Shown: positions 40,337-49,653 of the stretch, one piece after another
Numbering within the stretch: position 1 is the first letter of the stretch
Layout: each line of letters opens with the position of its first letter
The notes under the pieces: generated by a model
What the model was told of the DNA's origin: nothing
Seen by the model: the letters and a program-made list of their open reading frames with translations, nothing else
Database searches by the model: none
Translations under genes and position numbers: made by a program
Assembly (NCBI GenBank): GCA_963817895.1
Contig: CAWFQB010000003.1
Coordinates: 448,001 to 512,000, forward strand
Source of the DNA: an uncultured Chthonomonadaceae bacterium
Lineage (GTDB): Bacteria; Armatimonadota; Chthonomonadetes; Chthonomonadales; Chthonomonadaceae
Direction: 5' to 3'
Length of the DNA stretch: 64,000 nt

Positions 40337-43027
40337 ATGCAGGCGCATGAGATACGACAAAAATATCTGGACTTTTTTACCGAACGCGGGCATTTGCAGT
40401 TGCCCTCCGCGTCGCTGATTCCCGTAGACGCGCTCGGCCATGCAGACACTTCCACGCTGTTTACGGGTTCGGGCATGCAGCAGTTCAAGCCCTATTTTAC
40501 GGGCGCGGCTACCCCGCCGAAAACGCGGGTAACAACCGTGCAAAAGTGCCTGCGCGTCAAGGATATTGACGAAGTGGGTGATTTTTCGCACTGCACCTTT
40601 TTTGAAATGCTTGGCAATTTCAGTTTCGGCGATTACTTCAAGGCCGAAGTGATTCCGTGGACGTGGGAGTTTCTCACTCAGGTTGTCGGGCTGGATGCGG
40701 AACGGCTGTGCGTCACCGTGTACATTGACGATGAGGAGGCGTACCGGCTGTGGCATGACGTTATCGGCCTGCCGGACGAGCGTATTCACCGGCTTGGAGA
40801 AGACAAAAACTACTGGCCCGCGAACGCCATTTCCGCCGGTCCGAACGGGCCGTGCGGGCCGTGTTCGGAAATCTTCTACCGAGTCGCGCCCGTAGAGGAG
40901 ATGACAAGTGATCCTGCGCTTTCCCCTACCGACCGCTACCTCATTGACGACGAGGCGGGAAGGTGGACGGAAATCTGGAACAACGTGTTTACGCAGTTCG
41001 ACCGGGGCGAAGACGAACACGGCAAGCCCACCCTGACGCCCCTGCCGCGCAAAAACAACGATACGGGCGGCGGGCTGGATCGCGTCGCGTATGTGTCGCA
41101 GGGCAAAACATCCGTGTTTGAAACCGATCTGTTCGGCCCAATTTTGCAGGCCATCGAACAGCTATCGGGACACAAATACGAAAGCGGCCTGTCGCCTGTT
41201 GATTTTGCATTCCGCGTAGTGGCGGAGCATACGCGCTCGATGGTATTCTGCATCGCGGACGGAATTCAGCCGGGAAATGAGGCGCGGGATTACGTGCTGC
41301 GCTACATCATGCGCCGCGCCATCCGCTACGGCAAAACGGTTTTGGGGTTTGAGGAGCCGTTCCTGCATCTCGTCGCGCCTATTATCATCGAACAGATGGG
41401 CAGCTTTTACAGCGAACTGCCCGAACGCCGCGAACTGATTCTCAGCACGATTCAGGAGGAAGAGAAGCGTTTCCGCCGTACTCTGGATAACGGCCTGCGC
41501 ATCCTGAACCAAATGCTGGATTCGGGAACCGTGCAGGAAACCAAAATTCTGCCCGGACACGACGTATTCAATCTGTACAGCACGTATGGCTTTCCCCTGA
41601 GCCTGACTATTGACATTGCGCGCGAACGCGGCATTACCGTAGATGAAGAGGGGTACAAAATAGCGTCCATAGAGTTCAGCGGCCCTAAACAAGAAAAAGG
41701 AGATGTGTTCACGGACACGCGCATACTGGGCGCGGAGTTGCCCGCTTCCACCTTCCGGGGCTACGCGGAATCCGTGACCGAATCCAAAATCCTCGGCCTG
41801 TACCAGAATGAGGCGAGTGTGGAAACAGCGCGGGCGAGCGATGAAATCGTCATTGTTTTGGATCACACGCCGTTTTATGCCGAATCGGGCGGGCAGGTGG
41901 GCGATAACGGCTACCTGACCGCGCCCGCCGGGAATGTCACCTGCGCCCTCAAAATCGAAATTACCGATACCAGAAAGAACCCGCTTGGCGTGTATCTGCA
42001 TACCGGCAAAATTCTGGAAGGCGAAGTTTCGGTTGGGCAAACGGTTCAGGCAAGCGTGGACAATACGCGGCGCAAAGACACCGAGCGCAACCATACGGCC
42101 ACGCATCTATTGCAGGCGGCGTTGCGGCAGGTGTTGGGCGGGCATGTGCATCAGAAAGGTTCGCTTGTCAACCCGAATGGCCTGCGCTTCGACTTTACGC
42201 ACTCGCAGCCGCTTTCCATTGAAGAGTTACATCAGGTGGAAGAACTGGTCAACCGGCAGATACTAAAGAATACGGACGTTCGCGTTACCGCCGACGTGCC
42301 TATTGACGAAGCGCGCAGTCGGGGCGCAATGGCCCTGTTCGGGGAAAAGTACGGGGATCGCGTTCGCACGGTCGAGATACCCGATTTCAGCCTTGAACTG
42401 TGCGGCGGAACCCATTTGCGCAACACGTCCGAGGTTGGGCTGCTGAAAATCACGCGGGAAACGGGCGTCAGTTCCGGCGTCCGTCGCGTCGAAGCGATTA
42501 CCGGGAACGCCGTTTACCGCTACCTGCGCGAACAGGAACAGAAACTCGCGCAACTGGCAACCCTGCTCAAATCCAACCCGAACGACGTATTAACCGCTGC
42601 GGAACGGCTGGTACAACAGCGTCAGGAACTGGAAAAGCAGAACCGGCAATTGAAATCTGGCGAAACCGCGCAAACCGAACTGACCGCGCAGGACGTAAAC
42701 GGCATCCCCGTCGTTGTTCACCGCATGGACAACACAGACGCGGAAACCATTGCCAACCTTGCCGACAAAACGGCGCAAAAACTGGGCAGCGCGGTTGTCG
42801 TTATCGGGAGCGTCACGGATGGCAAAGTGGCTTTCACCGCCAAAGTCACCAAAGACCTCAACGCGAAAGGCATCCACGCGGGCAATCTCGCGCGGGAAGT
42901 GGCGAAAATCGCGGGGGGAGGCGGCGGCGGGCGTCCCGACTTCGCGCAGGCGGGCGGACGCGACCCCGGCAAACTTCAGGACGCGCTGGACGCCGTGCCG
43001 GACTTAATCAAGGCGCAGATCAAGTAA
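40337..43027 (+). CDS. alaS: alanine--tRNA ligase
   Basis: HCTFFEMLGNFSFGDYFK, GPCGPCSEI, NHTATHLL, ELCGGTH, GGGGRPDFAQAGG. Confidence 0.99.
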   Translation: MQAHEIRQKYLDFFTERGHLQLPSASLIPVDALGHADTSTLFTGSGMQQFKPYFTGAATPPKTRVTTVQKCLRVKDIDEVGDFSHCTFFEMLGNFSFGDYFKAEVIPWTWEFLTQVVGLDAERLCVTVYIDDEEAYRLWHDVIGLPDERIHRLGEDKNYWPANAISAGPNGPCGPCSEIFYRVAPVEEMTSDPALSPTDRYLIDDEAGRWTEIWNNVFTQFDRGEDEHGKPTLTPLPRKNNDTGGGLDRVAYVSQGKTSVFETDLFGPILQAIEQLSGHKYESGLSPVDFAFRVVAEHTRSMVFCIADGIQPGNEARDYVLRYIMRRAIRYGKTVLGFEEPFLHLVAPIIIEQMGSFYSELPERRELILSTIQEEEKRFRRTLDNGLRILNQMLDSGTVQETKILPGHDVFNLYSTYGFPLSLTIDIARERGITVDEEGYKIASIEFSGPKQEKGDVFTDTRILGAELPASTFRGYAESVTESKILGLYQNEASVETARASDEIVIVLDHTPFYAESGGQVGDNGYLTAPAGNVTCALKIEITDTRKNPLGVYLHTGKILEGEVSVGQTVQASVDNTRRKDTERNHTATHLLQAALRQVLGGHVHQKGSLVNPNGLRFDFTHSQPLSIEELHQVEELVNRQILKNTDVRVTADVPIDEARSRGAMALFGEKYGDRVRTVEIPDFSLELCGGTHLRNTSEVGLLKITRETGVSSGVRRVEAITGNAVYRYLREQEQKLAQLATLLKSNPNDVLTAAERLVQQRQELEKQNRQLKSGETAQTELTAQDVNGIPVVVHRMDNTDAETIANLADKTAQKLGSAVVVIGSVTDGKVAFTAKVTKDLNAKGIHAGNLAREVAKIAGGGGGGRPDFAQAGGRDPGKLQDALDAVPDLIKAQIK

Positions 43028-43261
43028 ACCACGGGGAACACGGGGGACACGGGGAAGAGAAGGGGAGAAATTAAAACCACGGAGGACACGGAGAACAGAG
43101 AGTGAAGAACGGACGAGCGAGGATTGGAAGCAATTTGATACCGATTAAACAGGCAAGCAGGATTACTGCCTCCGTTCCTAATCCTGTCAATCCTGAACAT
43201 CCTGTTAATCTTGTCTATTCTCCCCCTCTCCTCCCCGTGTCCCCCGTGTTCCCCGTGGTTT
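43026..43261. repeat. nested 9-mer inverted-repeat element, 30-bp perfect arms
   Basis: aaaccacggggaacacgggggacacgggga (43026-43055) / reverse complement (43232-43261); inner cacggagga-type and aatcctg-type arrays. Confidence 0.92.
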
Positions 43262-45600
43262 TATTTCTCCTCCTGTGGTTGGTCGTGTGCTGTCCGTCTG
43301 TGGCGCGGGCGCGGGTGGTTGTAGTCGTGTGTGAGCGGCTGACGTGGGAGGATGTCGTTTCAGAGTGTCCGTTTCTGCTCGGTTGGATACAGCAGAATCG
43401 CTGCGCGGTGGGCCTGATGAATACCGCAGTGGCCGGACAGAAGAACCCCACCTCGGCAATGCTGGCAATCGCGCAGGGACAACTCGCGCCTTCGGAACCG
43501 GGGGACGAGCAGGCTGTCAACCTCGTGGAAACGGTTGGCGGCGAACCGGGAACGGGCGCGGTTGTGTACAGGCGGCGGACGGGCGCGGATGTGGCGGCGG
43601 GCCGTACCCTTGTAAATTTGAATGTGGCGTCGCTGGCGCGGCGCGGAATTATCGGGCAGGGGTTGGGCGCGATACTGGCGCAGGCGAACCCGGCAAAGCG
43701 TATTCTGATTTGCGGCAACGTGGATACGGATACGCGGCAACGGCGTGGCGCATTACTGGCGATAAATGCGCAGGGCGCGGCAACGGGTGACGTGGCGCTC
43801 ATCTCCGCCGATAAAAGCAAGCCGTTCGGCGTAACGGACGACATTAACGCGCTTGCCCGCTACGCCGCCACGACTGACGCGGACGTTTTTGTGGCCGTGC
43901 TTGGCGATCTGGCGCGGGTAGAAGCGGCGCGAACGCGGCTGGATACCGCTGCTTATCGCGCAGCGCGTCACGAAGCCTTGCAGCGTTTGGACTCGTTCTT
44001 TCTGCAACTGCTCGCCATACGGCATCTGGACACCGAAACTGTTGACCTGCTGCTGATTTCGCCGTGTCCACCCTCCGCGCTGACCGAACAAATCCCTTCC
44101 GCTTCTTCTCATTTGACGGGCGAAACATGGGAACAGCTTACCCCCATTCTCGCGCTCGGCCCCCATTTTCCGCCCGGACTGCTTACTTCCCCCACCACGC
44201 GAACCCCCGGACTTGTTTCCAACACCGATATTGCCCCCTCCATGCTGCGCGCGCTCGACGTTCCCGTTCCTCCCACCACAACCGGACGCCCGATGCGAAT
44301 TGTCACCGTATCGGGCGGGAGTGAGGCCGTTCTGCCCGTCCTTTCCCGTCTGGATTACGTCACCACCATCAATGCGCGGGCGCTCACTCTGGTTGCCATG
44401 CCGATTGGCGGATTATGCTTTGCGCTCGTGTTGGGGGCCATCTTCGCGTACCGGTTCGGCAAAACGCGGCTGCTGCGCCTGCTTTGCCCCGGAATCGTTT
44501 TCACGCAATCCCTGCCCCTCGGCTTCCTCCTCGCCACTATTCACATTCCGCCCACCCTGCTGGAATACGGCCTGCGCGTCCTCGCGTGTATGGCAGCCCT
44601 GACCGTATGTAGTTACATTTTATCCCGCCTGTTCCGCCTTTCCCCGCCCGTCGCCTGCGGCCTGATAGGAATCATTCTAATCGCCATTGATCTCTGCTGC
44701 GGTCAACAACTGCTGAAAGACTCCCTGTGGAGCGGCTACGCCCTGTCCGGCATCCGCTACTACGGCATCGGCAACGAGTATCTCGGCGTTATACTGGGTT
44801 ACGCGCTGCTCGGCGGCTTTGGGGAAGAATTTGAGGAAGAAAAGGAGAAAAGGAGAAAAGGAGAAAAGGAGAAAAAGAACCACGAAACACACGGGGGCGC
44901 GCCAAAAGAAGAAACCGTAGGGACACAACTAGTTGTGTCCAACACTCAGGAACAGACGCAATCGAAAATCGAAAATCGAAAATCGAAAATCGTCATTCTA
45001 TGTTGGCTGGCGCTGATGGTTTTGCTTGGATGGCCGATGCTGGGAGCCAATGCGGGGAGTTTGATTGTTACCGGGGCGGGGTTCGGAGTGGGAGCATGGA
45101 GTCTTTCAGGGAAGCGGGTGACGGTGTGGACGGCATTGATTTGCCTGTCGGCGGGGATTGCTTTATCGTTTGTATTTGGCGCTATAGATGCGTGGTTGTT
45201 CGGCAGCGGAGCGTCTCATGCGGGCAATGTATTAAGCGCGGCGAACGGGGCGCGGGGCGCGAACTACCTGCTTGAAATTATGGCGCGAAAAGCAACCATG
45301 AACCTGCATCTGCTCACCACGCCGTTTTTCCTGCTCGGCATCAGTCTTGTCGCCATTCTCGGCGGGCTGATGCGCGTGTGGCTTGGCAAGGCCGTACAGG
45401 ATATGCTTCAAACTCATCCACGCTTGAAGCAAAGCCTGCCCGCCCTGACCACAACCCTCCTTGCCGCCCTGCTCTTCAAAGACTCCGGTGTCGTCACCGC
45501 CGGACTACTGACAGGCGTAACCTGCCTCTACTTCCTCTGGCACACGCTTGATACAGAAAAGGAGAAAAGGAGAAAAGGAGAAAAGGAGAAGCGGAATTAG
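43102..45600 (+). CDS. multi-pass membrane protein with alkaline-phosphatase-like extracellular domain; start uncertain
   Basis: GLLTSPTTRTPGLVSNTDIAP, RYYGIGNE, LGANAG, KDSG motifs; many TM. Confidence 0.7.
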   Translation: MKNGRARIGSNLIPIKQASRITASVPNPVNPEHPVNLVYSPPLLPVSPVFPVVLFLLLWLVVCCPSVARARVVVVVCERLTWEDVVSECPFLLGWIQQNRCAVGLMNTAVAGQKNPTSAMLAIAQGQLAPSEPGDEQAVNLVETVGGEPGTGAVVYRRRTGADVAAGRTLVNLNVASLARRGIIGQGLGAILAQANPAKRILICGNVDTDTRQRRGALLAINAQGAATGDVALISADKSKPFGVTDDINALARYAATTDADVFVAVLGDLARVEAARTRLDTAAYRAARHEALQRLDSFFLQLLAIRHLDTETVDLLLISPCPPSALTEQIPSASSHLTGETWEQLTPILALGPHFPPGLLTSPTTRTPGLVSNTDIAPSMLRALDVPVPPTTTGRPMRIVTVSGGSEAVLPVLSRLDYVTTINARALTLVAMPIGGLCFALVLGAIFAYRFGKTRLLRLLCPGIVFTQSLPLGFLLATIHIPPTLLEYGLRVLACMAALTVCSYILSRLFRLSPPVACGLIGIILIAIDLCCGQQLLKDSLWSGYALSGIRYYGIGNEYLGVILGYALLGGFGEEFEEEKEKRRKGEKEKKNHETHGGAPKEETVGTQLVVSNTQEQTQSKIENRKSKIVILCWLALMVLLGWPMLGANAGSLIVTGAGFGVGAWSLSGKRVTVWTALICLSAGIALSFVFGAIDAWLFGSGASHAGNVLSAANGARGANYLLEIMARKATMNLHLLTTPFFLLGISLVAILGGLMRVWLGKAVQDMLQTHPRLKQSLPALTTTLLAALLFKDSGVVTAGLLTGVTCLYFLWHTLDTEKEKRRKGEKEKRN
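44838..44992. repeat. intragenic (AGAAAAGG)n and (AAAATCG)n arrays
   Basis: encode EKEKRRKGEKEK and SKIENRKSKI between TM helices. Confidence 0.9.
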
Positions 45601-45680
45601 ACAAGTTTATATTCTTTTGCGTTTATTTCGCGTCATTCGCGGTTCCCACTCTCCTCTTCTCCTCTTCTCCTTTTCTCCCC
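45556..45680. repeat. mirrored octamer element, (GAAAAGGA)n / (TCCTCTTC)n
   Basis: left arm forms the end of the upstream CDS; right arm follows the stop of the convergent gene. Confidence 0.8.
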
Positions 45681-45696
45681 CTCTCCCTGTCTTCCC

Positions 45697-47697
45697 CTAC
45701 CCCGCCGGTCGGCTGCCGGGCATGGCTTGCAGGGGCATGGCGCGGCGGGTGGCGCGATCACGGACGGGCGGCAGCAGATGGAAGAGGACGCTGAACTGCT
45801 GAGTGCGCAGGCTGTACGCGAAGCCGGCCTGCATACAGTCGAAGTTACGCAGAACGGCGAATTGACTGTCATAGGCGCGGGAGCGTTCCAGATCGAATTT
45901 GGTTTCAAAGCCGAAGGCGTAGGGGCCGCCGGTTTGCGCGATCAGGCGCAATTCGTGACGTATATCCAGATGATCAAAGGCAAATGGCGTCCGGCCCAGA
46001 TCGTCGGTAAAGCGGTACGCGATGCCCAACCGCGTGGTGGAAGTGGGCAGATAGTCCAGTTCCGCTTCGGGCGAAAACAGGTTATAAATGCTGCCTTTGG
46101 AATAGGCGTTGAGCCAGTCGGTGACCCCAAAGCGCAGGGAGATGCGTCTGCCGAGCAGAATCGGCTGCGTGGCGGCTGTAGTGGCAAGCGCCAGTTTGCC
46201 CGATGTGACCCGCGTGGGGTATTCCGTGACGCCGCCCGCGCTCAAATTGAAGTCCAGCAGAAACGGGGCGCTGGACGCGCGCTGCAATATAGGGTTGAAC
46301 GTGGCGCCGCCGGGGGCGTCGGGGGTTCCATCCGCATTGCGCTGTCCGGTCAAATCCGGCTGCCCGTCGCGGGCGTGTCCCAAAACATTGACAAGGCGCA
46401 GGTTCGCTTCGGGAAACCGGGATACGCGCAGGTCGGTGCGCCGCCGATTGTACACGTACTGGTCGTTTTGCAGAATGGCCCCGACAGTGGTACGTGGCGT
46501 AAACTCATCCTCGTAGCGGTCTTCGGCATACTCGCGGTACGTGGGTGGCGTCAGTTGTTCCAGATAGCCGTGCAGTGGGTCGGAAAGCGATTGCCGCAGC
46601 GAGCGGGGCGGGGGGGCTTTGGGCGCGGGCGGTTTCAAATCGAACTCGTACGCGACAAAGCCGGTGGGCAAGCGCTTCACATTGATATGGCCGTCTAATT
46701 CCAGACTCCGGCGCGGTTCCAGAATGGGCGTTTCGTGGATACGCGCAAACAGGCCCTCGCTTTTGTTGTAGCCCGGAGTGGCGGCAAGCAGGTCGCTTTT
46801 GCTGTTCAGATTGCGTTTCAGGGAGGGCAGGGTAATCAGTTTTGTCGCACCCGCGTATACCGTGATTCCTGAAGCCGACACATAGCGATTGGGATGAACC
46901 GTCAGCCGTTTGGCGTGTATCTGATAATCGGGACGGCCCCGGATACAGGTGGTAAAGGTTCCGTTTTCAACCGTGTACGTGCCGTCCGCGTTGGCTTCGA
47001 TGCGGTCGCCGCGCATACGGAAGTAATCGGTTTCGGCAATCGCGTTGGTGACGAACCCGGCGTTGGTGAGGACGTTGAAGGTGATCTCCTGCGCGATGAA
47101 ACTGCCCTCCGAACGATCCAGACGCGCCCCATTGTGAGCGGTCAGCAGGCCGGTATTGCGGTTATACTCCGCGCTTTCGGCGTTGAGCGTGGTCGTGGTT
47201 TTGCTCTGCTCATCCATATAGCGCAGCCGAACGCCCCCCGTAAAAGCGATCACGCCATCCGGTCGAAGGGCAACCGCAGTATTCTGGTCTACCGTAAAGG
47301 GGCCGATTTTGCGGGGTGGGGTGTCGAAAGGGGCGGTATCGGCATCGTCTCGAAAGTTATGGAATACGTCCCGCGCCCGCACCGAAATAATCTCGTCCTC
47401 CGCATTATCCAGCAATAAAATCTTTTCCTCATCCGGGTCGTTTTCTGCTGTAGGAGTGGCTTTCGCTGCGGCAGTGTTGCCGAACGGCGGCAACGCAAAG
47501 GGCGCGTACAAAGCAGGCAGGGAAAAGGTCGGGCGAGAAACCGGGGCATTGTCGGCGCGGACAAGTTGCGGCAAAAGAAGGGATGCGGCGACTAACCATA
47601 CGCTTTTAGCCCTAACAGTGTTCAAATAAAAGTTTGCAGGGACACAACATGTTGTGTCCTCGCGCGCGTGTCTCAAATTTGTCAGTACAGGTGTCAA
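45697..47697 (-). CDS. LptD/OstA-like outer membrane assembly protein; start uncertain
   Basis: beta-jellyroll region with FTTC...PDYQIHAKRL; C-terminal beta strands. Confidence 0.65.
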   Translation of the reverse strand: MTPVLTNLRHAREDTTCCVPANFYLNTVRAKSVWLVAASLLLPQLVRADNAPVSRPTFSLPALYAPFALPPFGNTAAAKATPTAENDPDEEKILLLDNAEDEIISVRARDVFHNFRDDADTAPFDTPPRKIGPFTVDQNTAVALRPDGVIAFTGGVRLRYMDEQSKTTTTLNAESAEYNRNTGLLTAHNGARLDRSEGSFIAQEITFNVLTNAGFVTNAIAETDYFRMRGDRIEANADGTYTVENGTFTTCIRGRPDYQIHAKRLTVHPNRYVSASGITVYAGATKLITLPSLKRNLNSKSDLLAATPGYNKSEGLFARIHETPILEPRRSLELDGHINVKRLPTGFVAYEFDLKPPAPKAPPPRSLRQSLSDPLHGYLEQLTPPTYREYAEDRYEDEFTPRTTVGAILQNDQYVYNRRRTDLRVSRFPEANLRLVNVLGHARDGQPDLTGQRNADGTPDAPGGATFNPILQRASSAPFLLDFNLSAGGVTEYPTRVTSGKLALATTAATQPILLGRRISLRFGVTDWLNAYSKGSIYNLFSPEAELDYLPTSTTRLGIAYRFTDDLGRTPFAFDHLDIRHELRLIAQTGGPYAFGFETKFDLERSRAYDSQFAVLRNFDCMQAGFAYSLRTQQFSVLFHLLPPVRDRATRRAMPLQAMPGSRPAG

Positions 47698-47736
47698 AAA
47701 TGGTACGTTCCTTCAAACCATCATACGGGCGGTGTT

Positions 47737-47776
47737 CAATCCACAATCGTCAATCAAAAATCAAAAATCCAAATCC
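47737..47776. repeat. (MAATCNN)n heptamer array over the HerA stop
   Basis: caatcca caatcgt caatcaa aaatcaa aaatcca. Confidence 0.8.
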
Positions 47777-49485
47777 CGGCTTTGCAGCAGGCGTTCGCGG
47801 CGGGCGGTAACGGCTTCTCTCGTGTCGAGCAGGCTGCCGAAATCGTTGCCCTCGCTCATGGCCTTGCGGAACGGCTCGTCGTCGTACTGCCGGGTCTTGA
47901 CGACGACGGGCATAGGGACGGCATGGCCGAAAATCAAGGCCTGCTGTTTGGTTTCCAGACTGGCAAGCACATTGCGCAGCGTGTTCGCGCCGGATACGCC
48001 CGTCAGCACCGCGTCTATATCCTTCTCATCATCCAGCAGGCAGCAAATTTTGGTTCCCACCTGCGACAGCACTTCATCGTCAATGCCGCTGGGCCGTTGA
48101 TCCACGATGAGCAGGGTGACGTTGTACTTGCGCATTTCGCGGGCAATTGTGCCGAAAATGGTTTGTCCCGCCAGATGGGGCGCGAGAAACTTGTGCGCTT
48201 CCTCAATGGTAATCACGAGCGGGCGCGGCTTGTCGCCATCCCTGCCTAGAGACTGTTCCACAAGCGTTCGGTAAATGTCGTGCAGTCGCCGCGTCAGGAT
48301 GTTGACGACGAGCATATACTGCTTGGGCTGATCGTACTGCCCGAATTCCAGAACAACGTTGCGTCCCTCCTGTAGGGTGCGCAGAATATGGTCTACCGCA
48401 TCATCGTCTCTGGGTACATCGGGTTCCAGAAAGCCCTTGCAGTCCTCAATCAGCACTTTCAGTTTGCGCTGTAGAGCGGAGAGGGCGCCGCTGTGCGCGT
48501 TGTTTTCGCCCACGAACTCTTTGATGTCGTCGGCGTCCATATTCAGAAATTCTTGAAGCCACTTTTTCTGCGTAAACCGCTGCACCAGCAGGTAGCACGT
48601 TTCCACTGCCGTCGCGTTCAGGTTCAATTCGCGTTGCAGCAGCATGATGTCTTCAACCGTGATGGCTGAATAGGGGATACGCACATCGAAATCGGGCGTG
48701 ACATTGCGGCGCAGGCTGCTGGCGCGATCCAGCGTGAAAATCTGAACCCGGTTGCGGAAATACTGTTTCAGGCCGCGCACGGACTTGCGCCCCGCTTCTT
48801 CAGTCGTCCCCTGCCATCCGTATTCGCTGTGCATGTCGAATACTAAATGAACGGCTTTGTCGGCCTTGATCGCGCCGCACAAACACAGGCGCGTTAAAAA
48901 CGTTTTGCCCGTCCCCGACTTGCCGAAAATGGCGTTGGAGCGCTCTACCCATCGGTCGAGGTTCAGGCAAACGGGCGTATCCATATCCAGAGGCGTGCCG
49001 ACGTGGAAGAATTTGGGCTTGCGCTCGTCGCCGAACACGCGGCTGACATCCTCCTGTGTGGCGTCGTACACGGGACTGAAATGGTCAGGAATGGTTTTGA
49101 CGGGCAGTTTGGCGTCTTCGTCTTCGGGGTCGGCGTCCAGAGGTATCATCAGCATGGGGCGCATCTTGATAGTTCCAAATGTGCTTGTTCCCGCCAGCAC
49201 CGCCCGCATCAGCGTCTCTTCGCCGCGCGGGGGATTGACCAATACGCCGGGATGGGTGGCAGACAGTTGCACGTCGTTGAGCATGGCGAAAAACTGGAAC
49301 CGTTCACCCTGCACCACGACGAACTTGCCGACGCGCAGTTCCTCGACACTTTTGCCCTCGGCCAGCCGCATTTCCAGCCCTTCCGACAGGCTGCCGCGCA
49401 CAATCACGCCCAATTCTTCGGATTTTCGATTTTCGATTTTCGATTTTGGATTGGAAGACAGGTCACTCACGCTATGCTCCGGCAT
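47761..49485 (-). CDS. herA: HerA/DUF87 family helicase-ATPase
   Basis: HAS-barrel-like N-terminus, GKSGTGKT, FDMHSEYG, IEEAHKF, IAREMRKY, DQRPS. Confidence 0.88.
   Translation of the reverse strand: MPEHSVSDLSSNPKSKIENRKSEELGVIVRGSLSEGLEMRLAEGKSVEELRVGKFVVVQGERFQFFAMLNDVQLSATHPGVLVNPPRGEETLMRAVLAGTSTFGTIKMRPMLMIPLDADPEDEDAKLPVKTIPDHFSPVYDATQEDVSRVFGDERKPKFFHVGTPLDMDTPVCLNLDRWVERSNAIFGKSGTGKTFLTRLCLCGAIKADKAVHLVFDMHSEYGWQGTTEEAGRKSVRGLKQYFRNRVQIFTLDRASSLRRNVTPDFDVRIPYSAITVEDIMLLQRELNLNATAVETCYLLVQRFTQKKWLQEFLNMDADDIKEFVGENNAHSGALSALQRKLKVLIEDCKGFLEPDVPRDDDAVDHILRTLQEGRNVVLEFGQYDQPKQYMLVVNILTRRLHDIYRTLVEQSLGRDGDKPRPLVITIEEAHKFLAPHLAGQTIFGTIAREMRKYNVTLLIVDQRPSGIDDEVLSQVGTKICCLLDDEKDIDAVLTGVSGANTLRNVLASLETKQQALIFGHAVPMPVVVKTRQYDDEPFRKAMSEGNDFGSLLDTREAVTARRERLLQSRDLDF
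49420..49454. repeat. (GATTTTC)n array inside the HerA N-terminus
   Basis: encodes SNPKSKIENRKS. Confidence 0.85.
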
Positions 49486-49653
49486 TTCAATGTATCATTA
49501 TAGCGTTTACGGGAGTCGGCGTCAATGCCTGTATGCTAATCTCCCCTGATGGATTTATCAATCGCAAAATTTCTGCCCAAACTCCTGTCACAAAGCGAAG
49601 GTTCGTTCGTAGTCTTGGGAGTTGCTGCAAATTGTACAGCCGGAGGAGCGAAC

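Noticed and set aside
47761..49485. HerA as part of a defence system (Sir2-HerA, DUF4297-HerA) or a NurA-HerA operon
   Set aside because: Neighbours are an LptD-like gene and a WD40 gene; no partner nuclease or Sir2 in the window.
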